From a bacterium (GTDB lineage: Bacteria; Patescibacteriota; Minisyncoccia; Moranbacterales; DUUL01): a DNA stretch of 64,000 nt. The position numbers and the translations under genes are program-made. Positions 37,041 through 46,785 of the stretch are shown piece by piece. The DNA lies in the NCBI GenBank assembly GCA_018675685.1, contig JABGXP010000014.1, positions 81,288-145,287 of the forward strand, read 5' to 3'. Positions within the stretch are counted from its first letter, which is position 1. Every line of letters begins with the position of its first letter. The notes below the pieces were generated by a model, which ran no database searches, was not told the DNA's origin, and saw only the letters and a list, made by a program, of their open reading frames with translations.

Positions 37041-37823
37041 ATGAAAGAACATGCTATACTGAAATCAACTAGAATCAACTTAAAACGAAAATATAAAACT
37101 AAAATCATGCAACTCGAAGAACTTAAAAAAAGGGAACTGGGAATTAGAGCGGCCAGAATAAAAAAATTGAAACAGGAGAGAAGTAAAATGCAAAAGATTG
37201 ATTTCAAGGTTTCTGAGGCGAAGTTCAGTATTGGAGGACAAATTATTACAACTTGGGTCACTTTCTTCATAGTAGCTTCCATAACAGCATTTTTGATTTG
37301 TTTTATCGCTTTTGGTGACACAAGAGTATCTGTTTGTGATAGCCAAATTTCCTCAACCATTACAAATTTTTGTATTGGTTGGCAATCTTTGTTTATGCTC
37401 ACATTTTCAATTATTATTCTCCCAATAACTTTTTTGATTGGGACTGTGGAGTTTTTTCAAAGCATCAAGCAAGGGACGACCTTGAAGGAATTAAGTGAAC
37501 AATTGCAGTTTCAAAAGGATTTGAACACTGTTAGTAAGGTCTTGGTTTATTCATTGTTTATCCTGTCTATTCAAATTTTGATTTATTTTGGAACTTTTGA
37601 GATACTTCCAGATGTCTTGAAATTACCATTTATTGTTTTTGATACGGATGCAATGTTACCAATTGCGCTAGCCCTTTTATATTATTCTGTACATCAGAGA
37701 ATTGTATTTTTCTCAACAAGTACTAGGCTTTTATATACTGTGATTATTGTCAATCTTGCATCGATAGTTTTCTCCAGAGGAGTGCAATTAGTTTGGGAGG
37801 TTAGCTTCGGAAGATTATTCTAA
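37041..37823 (+). CDS. polytopic membrane protein with a basic coiled-coil N-terminus, hypothetical (start uncertain)
   Basis: N-terminal K/R/E-rich helix, then 5-6 hydrophobic helices. Confidence 0.4.
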   Translation: MKEHAILKSTRINLKRKYKTKIMQLEELKKRELGIRAARIKKLKQERSKMQKIDFKVSEAKFSIGGQIITTWVTFFIVASITAFLICFIAFGDTRVSVCDSQISSTITNFCIGWQSLFMLTFSIIILPITFLIGTVEFFQSIKQGTTLKELSEQLQFQKDLNTVSKVLVYSLFILSIQILIYFGTFEILPDVLKLPFIVFDTDAMLPIALALLYYSVHQRIVFFSTSTRLLYTVIIVNLASIVFSRGVQLVWEVSFGRLF

Positions 37824-38066
37824 GATAAGCATTGAATTTTTTTAAAACTCAGGACTTTTAACAAGGAGACAAACGTTCATTTTCAGCTATTATCTGTTTG
37901 GTCCATTTTTTCTTTTTAAAAAAATAAAAACCCTTGAAATTACTTTATCTCTAGTGTAATATTGATGAGGGTAAAATAATAAGATTATTTCTCCAAAGAA
38001 CAGAAAGTGTTTGACTTGTTTGTTTACATGAGAAATAGGCGCCTTTAATTAATAGTTTTAATTTTT

Positions 38067-39329
38067 ATGAATACAGAAGTAATACTAGGGGGATTGCGAA
38101 GCAAAAAGAAAGGACACTGGTTTTTGATCAGTGCTGCCCTGGTTTTAATAATTGTTTTGGTTTTCAATTTTGGATCCAATGCAAAAGGTGAGGACAAAGA
38201 AGGAGACACAATAGATATATCGCAGAAAGTTGTCGCATATGTTGAGACGGTGACACTAGGTGAAGGATCTTCAGATGCAGCCAAGCTTGAAAGAACGGCT
38301 ATTTTTCGTTCCGCACAAGCTGGAAATGTTGTCGCTGAAAACACAGGAAGGATTAAACAAGTCAATTTTGAAATTGGTGATTTTGTAAGGCAGGGCCAGG
38401 TCCTAGCCGTATTTGATCAATCTAGCTTGAAAACAACAGCTGTAACGGCTCTATCTTCAGCAAGCGCTGGATTGGAAATTGCCTTGGATACTCAAAAAAA
38501 GACAGAAAAAGTTGCAAAAGAGAGCTTGGAGCTAACTAAAAACGCAAGAAAAATTGCTAAAATGCAATATGAAAATGCAAAAAATGATCCCACGGAAGAT
38601 GAGGACATTGCAAAGAGAGCGTATGAAAACGCAAAAGATCTAGAGGATCAAGCTGAGCAAAATGTTAAGATCCAAAAGAATCAAGCACAGTTACAAGTTA
38701 ACGGTGCTAAGCAGACAATGGATGGTGCAAGAGTTGTTTTTGAAAAAACTATTCTTAGAGCTCCAATTTCTGGGACAGTTGTTTCTAAGAATGTTGCAAT
38801 TAGTGATTATATTACAAGTGGTTCTCGAATCGCTGGAGTTGTTGGAGAAGGAAAACTGCAAACAGTCGTTTCCTTGAATGCTGATCAAATCTCCAGAATA
38901 AAAATTGGCGACGAAGTTGCTATTGCGATTGGAAAAAGCCAGCACAAGGGGAAAATTGTCTCCCTTTCAACGATTGCAAAAACAACAAATCAAAGGTTTG
39001 ATGTTAAGATTGAAACTTTAAAGGAAGTTATGACAAACGCGAACAAGACAGGCAAAGTTCTTTTTTCGTTAGCGCTAGAAGAGGAAGTAGTAGAGCCCTC
39101 TGAGCAGAAGATTTTCTTCGCTCCGATAAGTTCTGTGAATTTAGGACAAAGGAGATCTGTCGTGTTTATCTTAGAAGAAGGGAAAGCCATTGCCAGAGAA
39201 ATTGAAGTTGGCGAAATTGTTGGTGATAAAATTGAAATAACAAAAGGAGTTTCTTTTGGAGAGAAGTTGATTATTGTTAATTCAAGAAATCTTACAGATG
39301 GTCAAGCAGTCACCACCAAAAAGGATTAG
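38067..39329 (+). CDS. efflux RND transporter periplasmic adaptor (membrane fusion protein)
   Basis: N-terminal TM and a coiled-coil hairpin. A lipoyl/beta-barrel region shows ILRAPISGTVVSKNVAISDYITSG. It lies directly upstream of the RND pump gene. Confidence 0.8.
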   Translation: MNTEVILGGLRSKKKGHWFLISAALVLIIVLVFNFGSNAKGEDKEGDTIDISQKVVAYVETVTLGEGSSDAAKLERTAIFRSAQAGNVVAENTGRIKQVNFEIGDFVRQGQVLAVFDQSSLKTTAVTALSSASAGLEIALDTQKKTEKVAKESLELTKNARKIAKMQYENAKNDPTEDEDIAKRAYENAKDLEDQAEQNVKIQKNQAQLQVNGAKQTMDGARVVFEKTILRAPISGTVVSKNVAISDYITSGSRIAGVVGEGKLQTVVSLNADQISRIKIGDEVAIAIGKSQHKGKIVSLSTIAKTTNQRFDVKIETLKEVMTNANKTGKVLFSLALEEEVVEPSEQKIFFAPISSVNLGQRRSVVFILEEGKAIAREIEVGEIVGDKIEITKGVSFGEKLIIVNSRNLTDGQAVTTKKD

Positions 39330-39380
39330 AAGATAAGGCTTGCAAAGAGCACAAATAAGAAATCGAAAAGAACTATTACA

Positions 39381-42300
39381 ATGAATAGCACAGAAAATTC
39401 TAGTGAAAACAAAGATTCTCGGGTGAAAAAATTGAAACTCAGAGAAAAAATCGTTCGAGAGTTGGAAGAATTTGAAAATTCTCCCTGGGTTTTTTTGATT
39501 AGGAAAAGCAAGCTTACAATCTTGATTATTATTGCATTATTAATCTTTGGGATAGCAACAATTAAAAACATGCCACGGGAACTGAACCCTGAGATAGAAA
39601 TTCCTTTTGCTATTGTTGTGACAGTTTTTCCGGGAGCGTCACCCTTGGATATTGAACAGCAAGTTACAAAAAAGATTGAGAGCGAAATAAGCGATCTAAA
39701 CGGAATCAAAAGAATTGACTCCTCGAGTTCTCTTGGATTTTCTTCTATTTTTGTTGAATTTGAGGCCGGCGAGGATATTGATAAATCAATCAAAGAACTT
39801 AAAGATAAGGTTGACAATGCCAAAACTGAGCTGCCAGAAGATGCTAGTGAACCAAAAACAGTTGAGGCTAAAATCGATGATCGGCCCGTAATGGAAGTGA
39901 CTCTTGTCTCAGAGGAATATGACGTCGCTGAGCTAAAACAGTTTGCCGAAAACTTAAAAGATGAGATAAAAGGAGTCCCTTTTGTGTCAGAGGTTAATAT
40001 TTCAGGAGGAAGAGATCGAGTGATCAAAGTTGATTTTGATCAAGATATTCTTGCAAAAAAAGGATTAACGGTGCAAGGAGTGCTAGGTGTCTTGAGTGCT
40101 AATAATGTTAATTTTCCTGCAGGTTCTATTGTGATTGAAAAATCAAGATATAATGTAAGAATCCAAGGAGAATTCAAGGATTCTTCCGAAGTAGGAATAT
40201 TTCCAATTGGTGCGAATAATGATGGAAGTTTGATTTATCTTGAAGATGTTGCGAAAGTAAAAGACGATTTTTCAAAAGAATTTTCCCGATCGAGATTTTC
40301 AATTGCTGGTGATGAGCCACTTGATGCAGTGTCAATTCAAATTTACAAAAAAACTGGGGGTGACGTGACAGCGCTAGCTAGTGAAGTTAGAGATCGAATC
40401 GAAAATGAGAAAGGTTCTGCATATCCAGAAAATGTAACAGTTGAGGTGACAAATGATTTTTCAAAGTTTGTGACTGATAGTATCAATACCTTGGTTGGTA
40501 ATGGTTTGGCAACTGTATTTTTAATCCTCTTGCTCTTATTGATTTTTCTAGGTTGGCAAGAAGCTTTTTTGGCTGGACCTGCTGTACCTTTTTCATTTTT
40601 CATTGCTTTTATCGTGATGGCAAGTGTTGGAGAGAGTTTGAACACTATTTCACTTTTTGCGCTTGTCTTATCCCTCGGTCTCTTGGTTGATAGTGCTATT
40701 GTAATTGTTGAGGGGATGCATAATAAGGTTGAAAAGTACAAATTAACAGGTTATCAAGCGGCTATTTCAACAGTAAGAGAATATGCAGCACCATTACTTG
40801 CAGGAATGCTAACAACAGTAGCAGCCTTTTTCCCGCTATTGTTTGTGAAAGGAATCTTCGGGTCCTTCATTAGAACAATTCCAATTGTTGTGATTTCGAC
40901 ACTTATCGCTGGGTTGTTTGTTTCCGTATCAATTATTCCAGCACTCGGCACATATCTTATTAAACCCGTTAGAAAGAAGAAAGAAGAACCTTGTGGCAGA
41001 AATTTTTTCACAAAAGTTTGCTTGAAAATGAAACAAATTTTTAAGGGAAAGCCACGAAAAGAGCGATTTTCTTCAAAAATGTTTGACTGGATCGCTAAGG
41101 TATACAGAAGGAATATTCCAAAAATTTTAACCAGTCGTAAAAGACGCATTCAAGTAATCGCTGGGATTTGGATATTTTTCTTTATTTCGATGGCATTGCC
41201 GGTGTTTGGTTTGATTAAAATGCAAGCTTTTGGTCAGGATGATTCTGATTTTTTCTACATCAACCTCGAAATGCCAAACGGAACTGTTTTGGAAAGAACG
41301 GATGAAATAACCAAGAAAATTGAGAATGAACTTCGGAAAGAATCTGAAATTGAGAATTTCGTTACTAACATAGGGAGCGCTATAGGTGGAGATGGCGCAA
41401 CTTCAGCTTCTGAAGGGGATAGCAACAAGGCTTTTATTCAAATTAATCTTATAGATAAAAAAGAACGTGAGACTTATAGTTTTGAGTTTGTTTCGGAGCT
41501 AAGAAAGAAACTCGAACCAATTGTCACCCAAGGGGACATTCGCTTTGTAGAGCTTGATTCAGGCCCCCCAGCAGGTAAGCCAATCGAACTTAGAGTAAGC
41601 GGTCCAGACCTTTTGATATTGGAGGAATTTGCTGAAAAAATTGCCGATGAATTGAAAAGCATTCCAACAACAATTGATGTGGAAACCTCTGTTAAACTTG
41701 CTGCAGGAGAGTTGGTTTTTACCCCAAACAAAGAAATCTTAGCTAAAAATGGAATTTCAGTGATTCAAATTGCTGGTGAGTTGAGGAGCAAGGTTGCTAG
41801 GAACGACGACATTGAGATTACCAGGGATGGTGATGAAGTGAAGATTGACACAGGAATTAATGACAAACAGTTATCAAGCACAGAAGACATCAAAGGGCTT
41901 TCTGTTTTAAATTCTAAGGGAGAGAAATTCTCAATCACTGAATTGGGCATGCTGACCTTTGAGCCTTCCCTTGCTACAATCAATAGGAGGGACAATGAAA
42001 GAATTGTCTTGATAACAGGGGATTCTGATGGAGGAAACACAACTGAAATCACTCAACAGCTTTTGGGTGAGATTGAAAAAATGTCATTGCCAAGTGGATA
42101 TACTGTTTCTTCTGGAGGTGAAGCGCAGGAGATGATGGAAGTTTATATCGATATGTTCTTGAAGATGATTTTGGGAATTGTGCTTATTCTGTTTATTCTT
42201 GTTTTGCAGTTCAATTCATATCGACAAACCATGATTATCATATTCACTATTCCGCTCGCAATGATCGGTGTGCTTTGGGGGATGACGATCTTTAGAATGA

Positions 42301-42638
42301 CATTGGATATCCCAGCTTTTATTGGAATTATTTCCTTGGCCGGGATTGTTGTTAATAACGCAATTATTCTTATTGATCAAATCAACCGTGAATTGAAGGA
42401 GGGAAGTGGATTGATTGATGCAGCTAAAAATGCAGGTTACATTCGTTTAAGGCCAATCTTCCTTACAACAATCACTACAATCATTGGTTTGTTACCACTT
42501 TCAATCACACAGCCAATTTGGAGAAATCTCGGTTTTGCGATTATTTTCGGACTGGCATTTTCAACGCTATTAACATTGATCATTGTACCAACAATGTTCG
42601 TGAGTCTTTATCGAAAAGAATATCCTCTTGAGAAGTAA
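39381..42638 (+). CDS. RND family efflux transporter permease (AcrB/HAE-type, 12 TM)
   Basis: 1085 aa with two large periplasmic loops and two 6-TM bundles. The N-terminal region reads ...ITLVLSLGLLVDSAIVIVEGMHNKVEKYKL and is typical of AcrB-like pumps. Confidence 0.9.
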   Translation: MNSTENSSENKDSRVKKLKLREKIVRELEEFENSPWVFLIRKSKLTILIIIALLIFGIATIKNMPRELNPEIEIPFAIVVTVFPGASPLDIEQQVTKKIESEISDLNGIKRIDSSSSLGFSSIFVEFEAGEDIDKSIKELKDKVDNAKTELPEDASEPKTVEAKIDDRPVMEVTLVSEEYDVAELKQFAENLKDEIKGVPFVSEVNISGGRDRVIKVDFDQDILAKKGLTVQGVLGVLSANNVNFPAGSIVIEKSRYNVRIQGEFKDSSEVGIFPIGANNDGSLIYLEDVAKVKDDFSKEFSRSRFSIAGDEPLDAVSIQIYKKTGGDVTALASEVRDRIENEKGSAYPENVTVEVTNDFSKFVTDSINTLVGNGLATVFLILLLLLIFLGWQEAFLAGPAVPFSFFIAFIVMASVGESLNTISLFALVLSLGLLVDSAIVIVEGMHNKVEKYKLTGYQAAISTVREYAAPLLAGMLTTVAAFFPLLFVKGIFGSFIRTIPIVVISTLIAGLFVSVSIIPALGTYLIKPVRKKKEEPCGRNFFTKVCLKMKQIFKGKPRKERFSSKMFDWIAKVYRRNIPKILTSRKRRIQVIAGIWIFFFISMALPVFGLIKMQAFGQDDSDFFYINLEMPNGTVLERTDEITKKIENELRKESEIENFVTNIGSAIGGDGATSASEGDSNKAFIQINLIDKKERETYSFEFVSELRKKLEPIVTQGDIRFVELDSGPPAGKPIELRVSGPDLLILEEFAEKIADELKSIPTTIDVETSVKLAAGELVFTPNKEILAKNGISVIQIAGELRSKVARNDDIEITRDGDEVKIDTGINDKQLSSTEDIKGLSVLNSKGEKFSITELGMLTFEPSLATINRRDNERIVLITGDSDGGNTTEITQQLLGEIEKMSLPSGYTVSSGGEAQEMMEVYIDMFLKMILGIVLILFILVLQFNSYRQTMIIIFTIPLAMIGVLWGMTIFRMTLDIPAFIGIISLAGIVVNNAIILIDQINRELKEGSGLIDAAKNAGYIRLRPIFLTTITTIIGLLPLSITQPIWRNLGFAIIFGLAFSTLLTLIIVPTMFVSLYRKEYPLEK

Positions 42639-42715
42639 TGCTTATTCTATGAAGAGTTTAAAGTGAAAATCTTCTCATCGAAGTTATAACAGAGGTGAAT
42701 TTTAGAAAAACTGAA

Positions 42716-42757
42716 GAGGTTGACATGTTTAAATCAAATATGTCGACCTCTTTTTTA
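42716..42757 (+). terminator. intrinsic terminator after the RND operon
   Basis: GAGGTTGACAT-N13-ATGTCGACCTC (one G.U wobble) followed by TTTTTT. Confidence 0.5.
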
Positions 42758-42770
42758 TTTCTTGCTAATT

Positions 42771-42779
42771 TGCTATAAT
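42771..42779 (+). promoter_or_regulatory. extended -10 element TGcTATAAT upstream of murG
   Basis: TATAAT at 42774-42779 with TG at 42771-42772. No good -35 was found. Confidence 0.3.
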
Positions 42780-42847
42780 TAGATTAAATAAGAGAACTAG
42801 AACAATTCTGGAGGTCTAGCAAGTCTAAACAAATAAAATATTAAAAT

Positions 42848-43990
42848 ATGTCATTAAAAGTAGTATTAGCCGGTGGTGGAACAGGCGGTCACCTCTTCCC
42901 GTTAGTGACCGTGGCAAAATATATAGAGAAGGATTTAATGACTAAAGGCGGGGCCCAGTTTTTGTATATTGGACCAAGGGGAGCGATGGAGAAGGAGGTA
43001 ATGACTAAAAACAATATTCCTCAAAAAACAATTCTCACAGGTAAACTTCATCGATACTTCACTCCAAGATATTTTCTTGACATCTTTAAGGCTCCTTTAG
43101 GCACTCTACAGTCTTTGTGGATTTTGCTTTGGTTCACTCCCGATGTTGTTTTTGCAAAAGGCGGCTTTGCTTCCGTACCAGTTGTGATTGCAGCAAAAAT
43201 GTATAATATTCCTGTTTTGATACATGAGTCAGATGCAATACCTGGTTTGGCAAATAAGTTCCTAGGATCGATTGCTAATAAAGTAATAATTTCTTTTGAG
43301 AGAGCAAGAATGTATTTCCCTAAATCCAAAACAGTACTAGCAGGAGTCCCGATTAAAGAGGATGCCATAGATGGAGATGCTAAAATAGGAAGGGAACTTT
43401 TGAATCTGCACAAAGAAGCAAAACCCGTAATATTCTTTATTGGGGGCTCTCAGGGGGCGCAAATTATAAATGAACGCGTCATGCTTATTTTGCCAGAATT
43501 AATTAAGAAATATCAAGTTATTCACCAAACAGGGAAATCCCATTATGACTTTATAGTCTCACAAGCTCAAAAACAGGGGTATAAAATTGGACACAGTGAT
43601 TATTACCCAATTGCATTTATTGGAGAGGAATTGAAACATATTTTTGCACTTGCCGATGTGGTTGTCTCGCGTGCTGGAGCAACTGCAATATTTGAAATTG
43701 CAGCAAATGAAAAACCAAGTATTTTGGTTCCAATCACAAACAGCGCGAATAATCATCAGCGAATCAACGCCTATGAAGTTTCAAAAGTGGGTGGAGCTGT
43801 AGCAATTGAAGAAGCTAATTTTCAAGAGCACCTTCTCTTGCACACTATTGATCAAATCGTGGGTGATCAAGAAATAAGGAGCAAAATGCAAGAGGGAATC
43901 AAATCTCTCTATTTTCCTCACTCCACAGAACAAATTGCAGAGGAATTAGTAACTCTAGCTAAGAAGTCAACAGCGGAAATAAATGATTAA
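42848..43990 (+). CDS. murG: UDP-N-acetylglucosamine--N-acetylmuramyl-(pentapeptide)-PP-undecaprenol N-acetylglucosamine transferase MurG
   Basis: VLAGGGTGGHLFP at the N-terminus and the GT28 C-terminal domain (GGSQGAQ..N). Confidence 0.9.
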   Translation: MSLKVVLAGGGTGGHLFPLVTVAKYIEKDLMTKGGAQFLYIGPRGAMEKEVMTKNNIPQKTILTGKLHRYFTPRYFLDIFKAPLGTLQSLWILLWFTPDVVFAKGGFASVPVVIAAKMYNIPVLIHESDAIPGLANKFLGSIANKVIISFERARMYFPKSKTVLAGVPIKEDAIDGDAKIGRELLNLHKEAKPVIFFIGGSQGAQIINERVMLILPELIKKYQVIHQTGKSHYDFIVSQAQKQGYKIGHSDYYPIAFIGEELKHIFALADVVVSRAGATAIFEIAANEKPSILVPITNSANNHQRINAYEVSKVGGAVAIEEANFQEHLLLHTIDQIVGDQEIRSKMQEGIKSLYFPHSTEQIAEELVTLAKKSTAEIND

Positions 43991-44030
43991 GTTTATTATC
44001 AAAACCGACCCAAATTTCTGTTTGTAACTA

Positions 44031-44058
44031 TTGACATCTGTGAGAATTGATATATAAT
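44031..44058 (+). promoter_or_regulatory. atp operon promoter: TTGACA, 16 nt, TATAAT
   Basis: TTGACA at 44031-44036 and TATAAT at 44053-44058. Confidence 0.5.
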
Positions 44059-44096
44059 GTCGGTGTAAAGCTAGCAAAGTGTAGAAAAGTAAAGAT

Positions 44097-44405
44097 ATGG
44101 AACGTTCTTCAAAGGAAGAGGGGGGAGAAGAGGCAGCTTGGTGGCAACCTAGTTTAATTCTTTTTTCAAAATTGAGCGGTTGGATTGGCGTGCCAATCAT
44201 AATCGCACTCTTTATCGGCAAATGGCTTGATGAAAGATATGAAACAGAGCCATGGCTGTTTTTGTTTTCAATTGGAATTGCCTTCGTCGGTTCATCAATT
44301 GGAATTGTAAAAGAGGCCAAAAGAGCAATGGATGAGATTGTAAGAGAAGACGAAGCGAAAAAGGCGAAGGAGAAGAAGGAGACGAAAAAAAAGAATTTTA
44401 GTTAA
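44097..44405 (+). CDS. AtpZ/AtpI-like small membrane protein (ATP synthase operon gene 1)
   Basis: Two-TM small protein (SGWIGVPIIIALFIGKWLDERYETEPWLFLFSIGIAFVGS) lying before atpB. Confidence 0.45.
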   Translation: MERSSKEEGGEEAAWWQPSLILFSKLSGWIGVPIIIALFIGKWLDERYETEPWLFLFSIGIAFVGSSIGIVKEAKRAMDEIVREDEAKKAKEKKETKKKNFS

Positions 44406-44459
44406 GTTTGATCGACAGGCGATGACGAGAGTATTATTTATTTATATTCGGAGATTACA

Positions 44460-45296
44460 ATGAAACAAGGAAATACCCAGGGCGCTAGTGAACAAGTGCA
44501 ACATGAGATTACGTTGTTCGCAGAGCCAGTGCTAAAATTTGAAAATTTCACAATTACCAACTCTTTGTTGAATAGTTTTGCGACAGTGCTTATCTTGGTG
44601 CTGTTTTTTATTGCCGCAGGAAGAAAAATCAAACAGATTCCAAAAGGAATTCAAAACTTTTTTGAAATGATTCTTGAGGAGTCTTTAACTTTTGCAGACA
44701 CAGTTACTGGTAGTCGTAAGAACTCAAAAAGATTTTTACCGATTGTGCTTTCGCTCTTCCTCTTTATATTAGTGAATAATTGGTTAGGGATTTTTCCAGG
44801 AATTGGAACCATCGGGTTCGTCGATTCACATGAAGGACACAAAGTATTTGTGCCCTTTTTTCGTGGTGGAACTGCGGATTTGAACACAACACTTGCGTTG
44901 GCACTTATTTCTATTGTCGGTTCACATGTTTTCGGAGTCATTACAGTTGGTGCTTGGAACTATCTAAATAGGTTTATCAATATCAAAGCATTGCTGGAGA
45001 TTCCAAGCAAGTTTAGAAAAGACCCTTCGGTCATACTAGTGAACCCAATTAAAGTAATGGTGGGAATGATTGAGATTGTTTCTGAAATTGCAAAAGTTGC
45101 TTCATTGTCATTTAGGCTTTTCGGAAATATTTTTGCAGGAGAGGTTCTGTTAGTTTCCATGATGGCGCTATTTGCATTTCTTTTGCCACTGCCATTTATG
45201 TTTATGGAAATTTTAGTTGGTTTTATTCAGGCATTAGTTTTCGCAATTTTGGTTTTAGTATTTTTCACAATGGCCACCGCTAGTGCTGAGCATTAA
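44460..45296 (+). CDS. atpB: F0F1 ATP synthase subunit a
   Basis: LSFRLFGNIFAGEVLL signature, including the essential Arg. Confidence 0.9.
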   Translation: MKQGNTQGASEQVQHEITLFAEPVLKFENFTITNSLLNSFATVLILVLFFIAAGRKIKQIPKGIQNFFEMILEESLTFADTVTGSRKNSKRFLPIVLSLFLFILVNNWLGIFPGIGTIGFVDSHEGHKVFVPFFRGGTADLNTTLALALISIVGSHVFGVITVGAWNYLNRFINIKALLEIPSKFRKDPSVILVNPIKVMVGMIEIVSEIAKVASLSFRLFGNIFAGEVLLVSMMALFAFLLPLPFMFMEILVGFIQALVFAILVLVFFTMATASAEH

Positions 45297-45447
45297 TATA
45301 TTGTTTTTGCGTTTGAGGTTTGAGACGAAAAGGATGAGCATGCTTTTTGTCTGAAGTCTTAAAAGAGGCTTATTTAATTATTTTCTTATTTTCTTTTGGT
45401 GTGTTTGTAAAACCGACGTTAAATAAATATCCCCGTCGATCAAGTAA

Positions 45448-45720
<273 letters not shown>

Positions 45721-45831
45721 ATATTGTTTACTTTAGACTTCTTTCTGCTGAGCAGACAGCTAGCAGAAGAGGTCCTCTAGTGAATATTATTTAGAAGTTA
45801 TTAATTTAAACAGACTAAAAGATCGAAAATT

Positions 45832-46332
45832 ATGGAAGAGTTAATTAAAACATTTCACATTGACTATAAGATGCTAGCAGCGCAGATGGTTAATTTTGCT
45901 ATTGTTATTGCTGTTCTTTATAAATTCGCGTACAAACCACTTTTAGTAAAAATGGATGAAAGAAGTGATACGATTGAAAAAGGCTTGAATGACGCAAGAG
46001 AAGCTGGAGAAAAACTAGAAGCTGCAGCAGAAGAAAGGGAAAAGCAGATTCAAGAAGCAAAAAAAGAAGCAAGACAAATTATCGACCAGGCGCAAAGACA
46101 ATCTGACAGAAACAAAGAAGAAGCAGTTGGTCAAGCAAGAATTGATGCTCAAAAGGTTGTTGACCAAGCTAAGAAGCAAATTCAAGCCCAGAAAGAAAAA
46201 ATGGTAGTTGAAATCAAGAGAGAAGTTGGAATGCTCGTTACCCTTGCAGTAAAGAAGGTTATTAATGAGAAATTAGACAGCAAGAAAGACGAAGAGTTGA
46301 TTGAGAAAGCGATTGCGGATGTGAAAAACTAA
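45832..46332 (+). CDS. atpF: F0F1 ATP synthase subunit b
   Basis: N-terminal TM and a long charged helix, in operon position. Confidence 0.8.
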   Translation: MEELIKTFHIDYKMLAAQMVNFAIVIAVLYKFAYKPLLVKMDERSDTIEKGLNDAREAGEKLEAAAEEREKQIQEAKKEARQIIDQAQRQSDRNKEEAVGQARIDAQKVVDQAKKQIQAQKEKMVVEIKREVGMLVTLAVKKVINEKLDSKKDEELIEKAIADVKN

Positions 46333-46344
46333 TCAAAAGAACAC

Positions 46345-46752
46345 ATGAATATTTCAAACAATCAATATGCCGAACTTGCCAAATTCATTCTTGATGAATC
46401 GAAAGACAAGAAAGCAGCCAAGGAAGGTGTTGTTAAATTAGCAAAACTAATCGTTGAAAATCGTGATCAAGGTGGATTTGAGAGGATTGTAAAACAGTTT
46501 AACAATTTAATAGAGAAAGAGGCCGGAGTTGTAAATGTGAACATTGTCAGCGCAAAAGAACTATCCAGCAAACAAGAGAAGCTTTTACAGGAGTCTATTG
46601 CAAAGAAATTGGACATCAAAAAAGATTTAATTGAAATTTTCAAGGAAGTTGATGAATCATTAATAGGCGGGATTAGTATTCAGATTGGAGCGAAAGTTAT
46701 AGATGGAAGTTTGAGGGCTAAAATAGAGAAATTGGAAAATTCACTACTATAA
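46345..46752 (+). CDS. atpH: F0F1 ATP synthase subunit delta (short form, 135 aa)
   Basis: Operon position. The C-terminal LIGGISIQIGAKVIDGSLRAKIEKL matches the delta/OSCP C-terminal motif. Confidence 0.65.
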   Translation: MNISNNQYAELAKFILDESKDKKAAKEGVVKLAKLIVENRDQGGFERIVKQFNNLIEKEAGVVNVNIVSAKELSSKQEKLLQESIAKKLDIKKDLIEIFKEVDESLIGGISIQIGAKVIDGSLRAKIEKLENSLL

Positions 46753-46785
46753 ACTATAAACTAACTTATAAATATCCTAAAAGAT

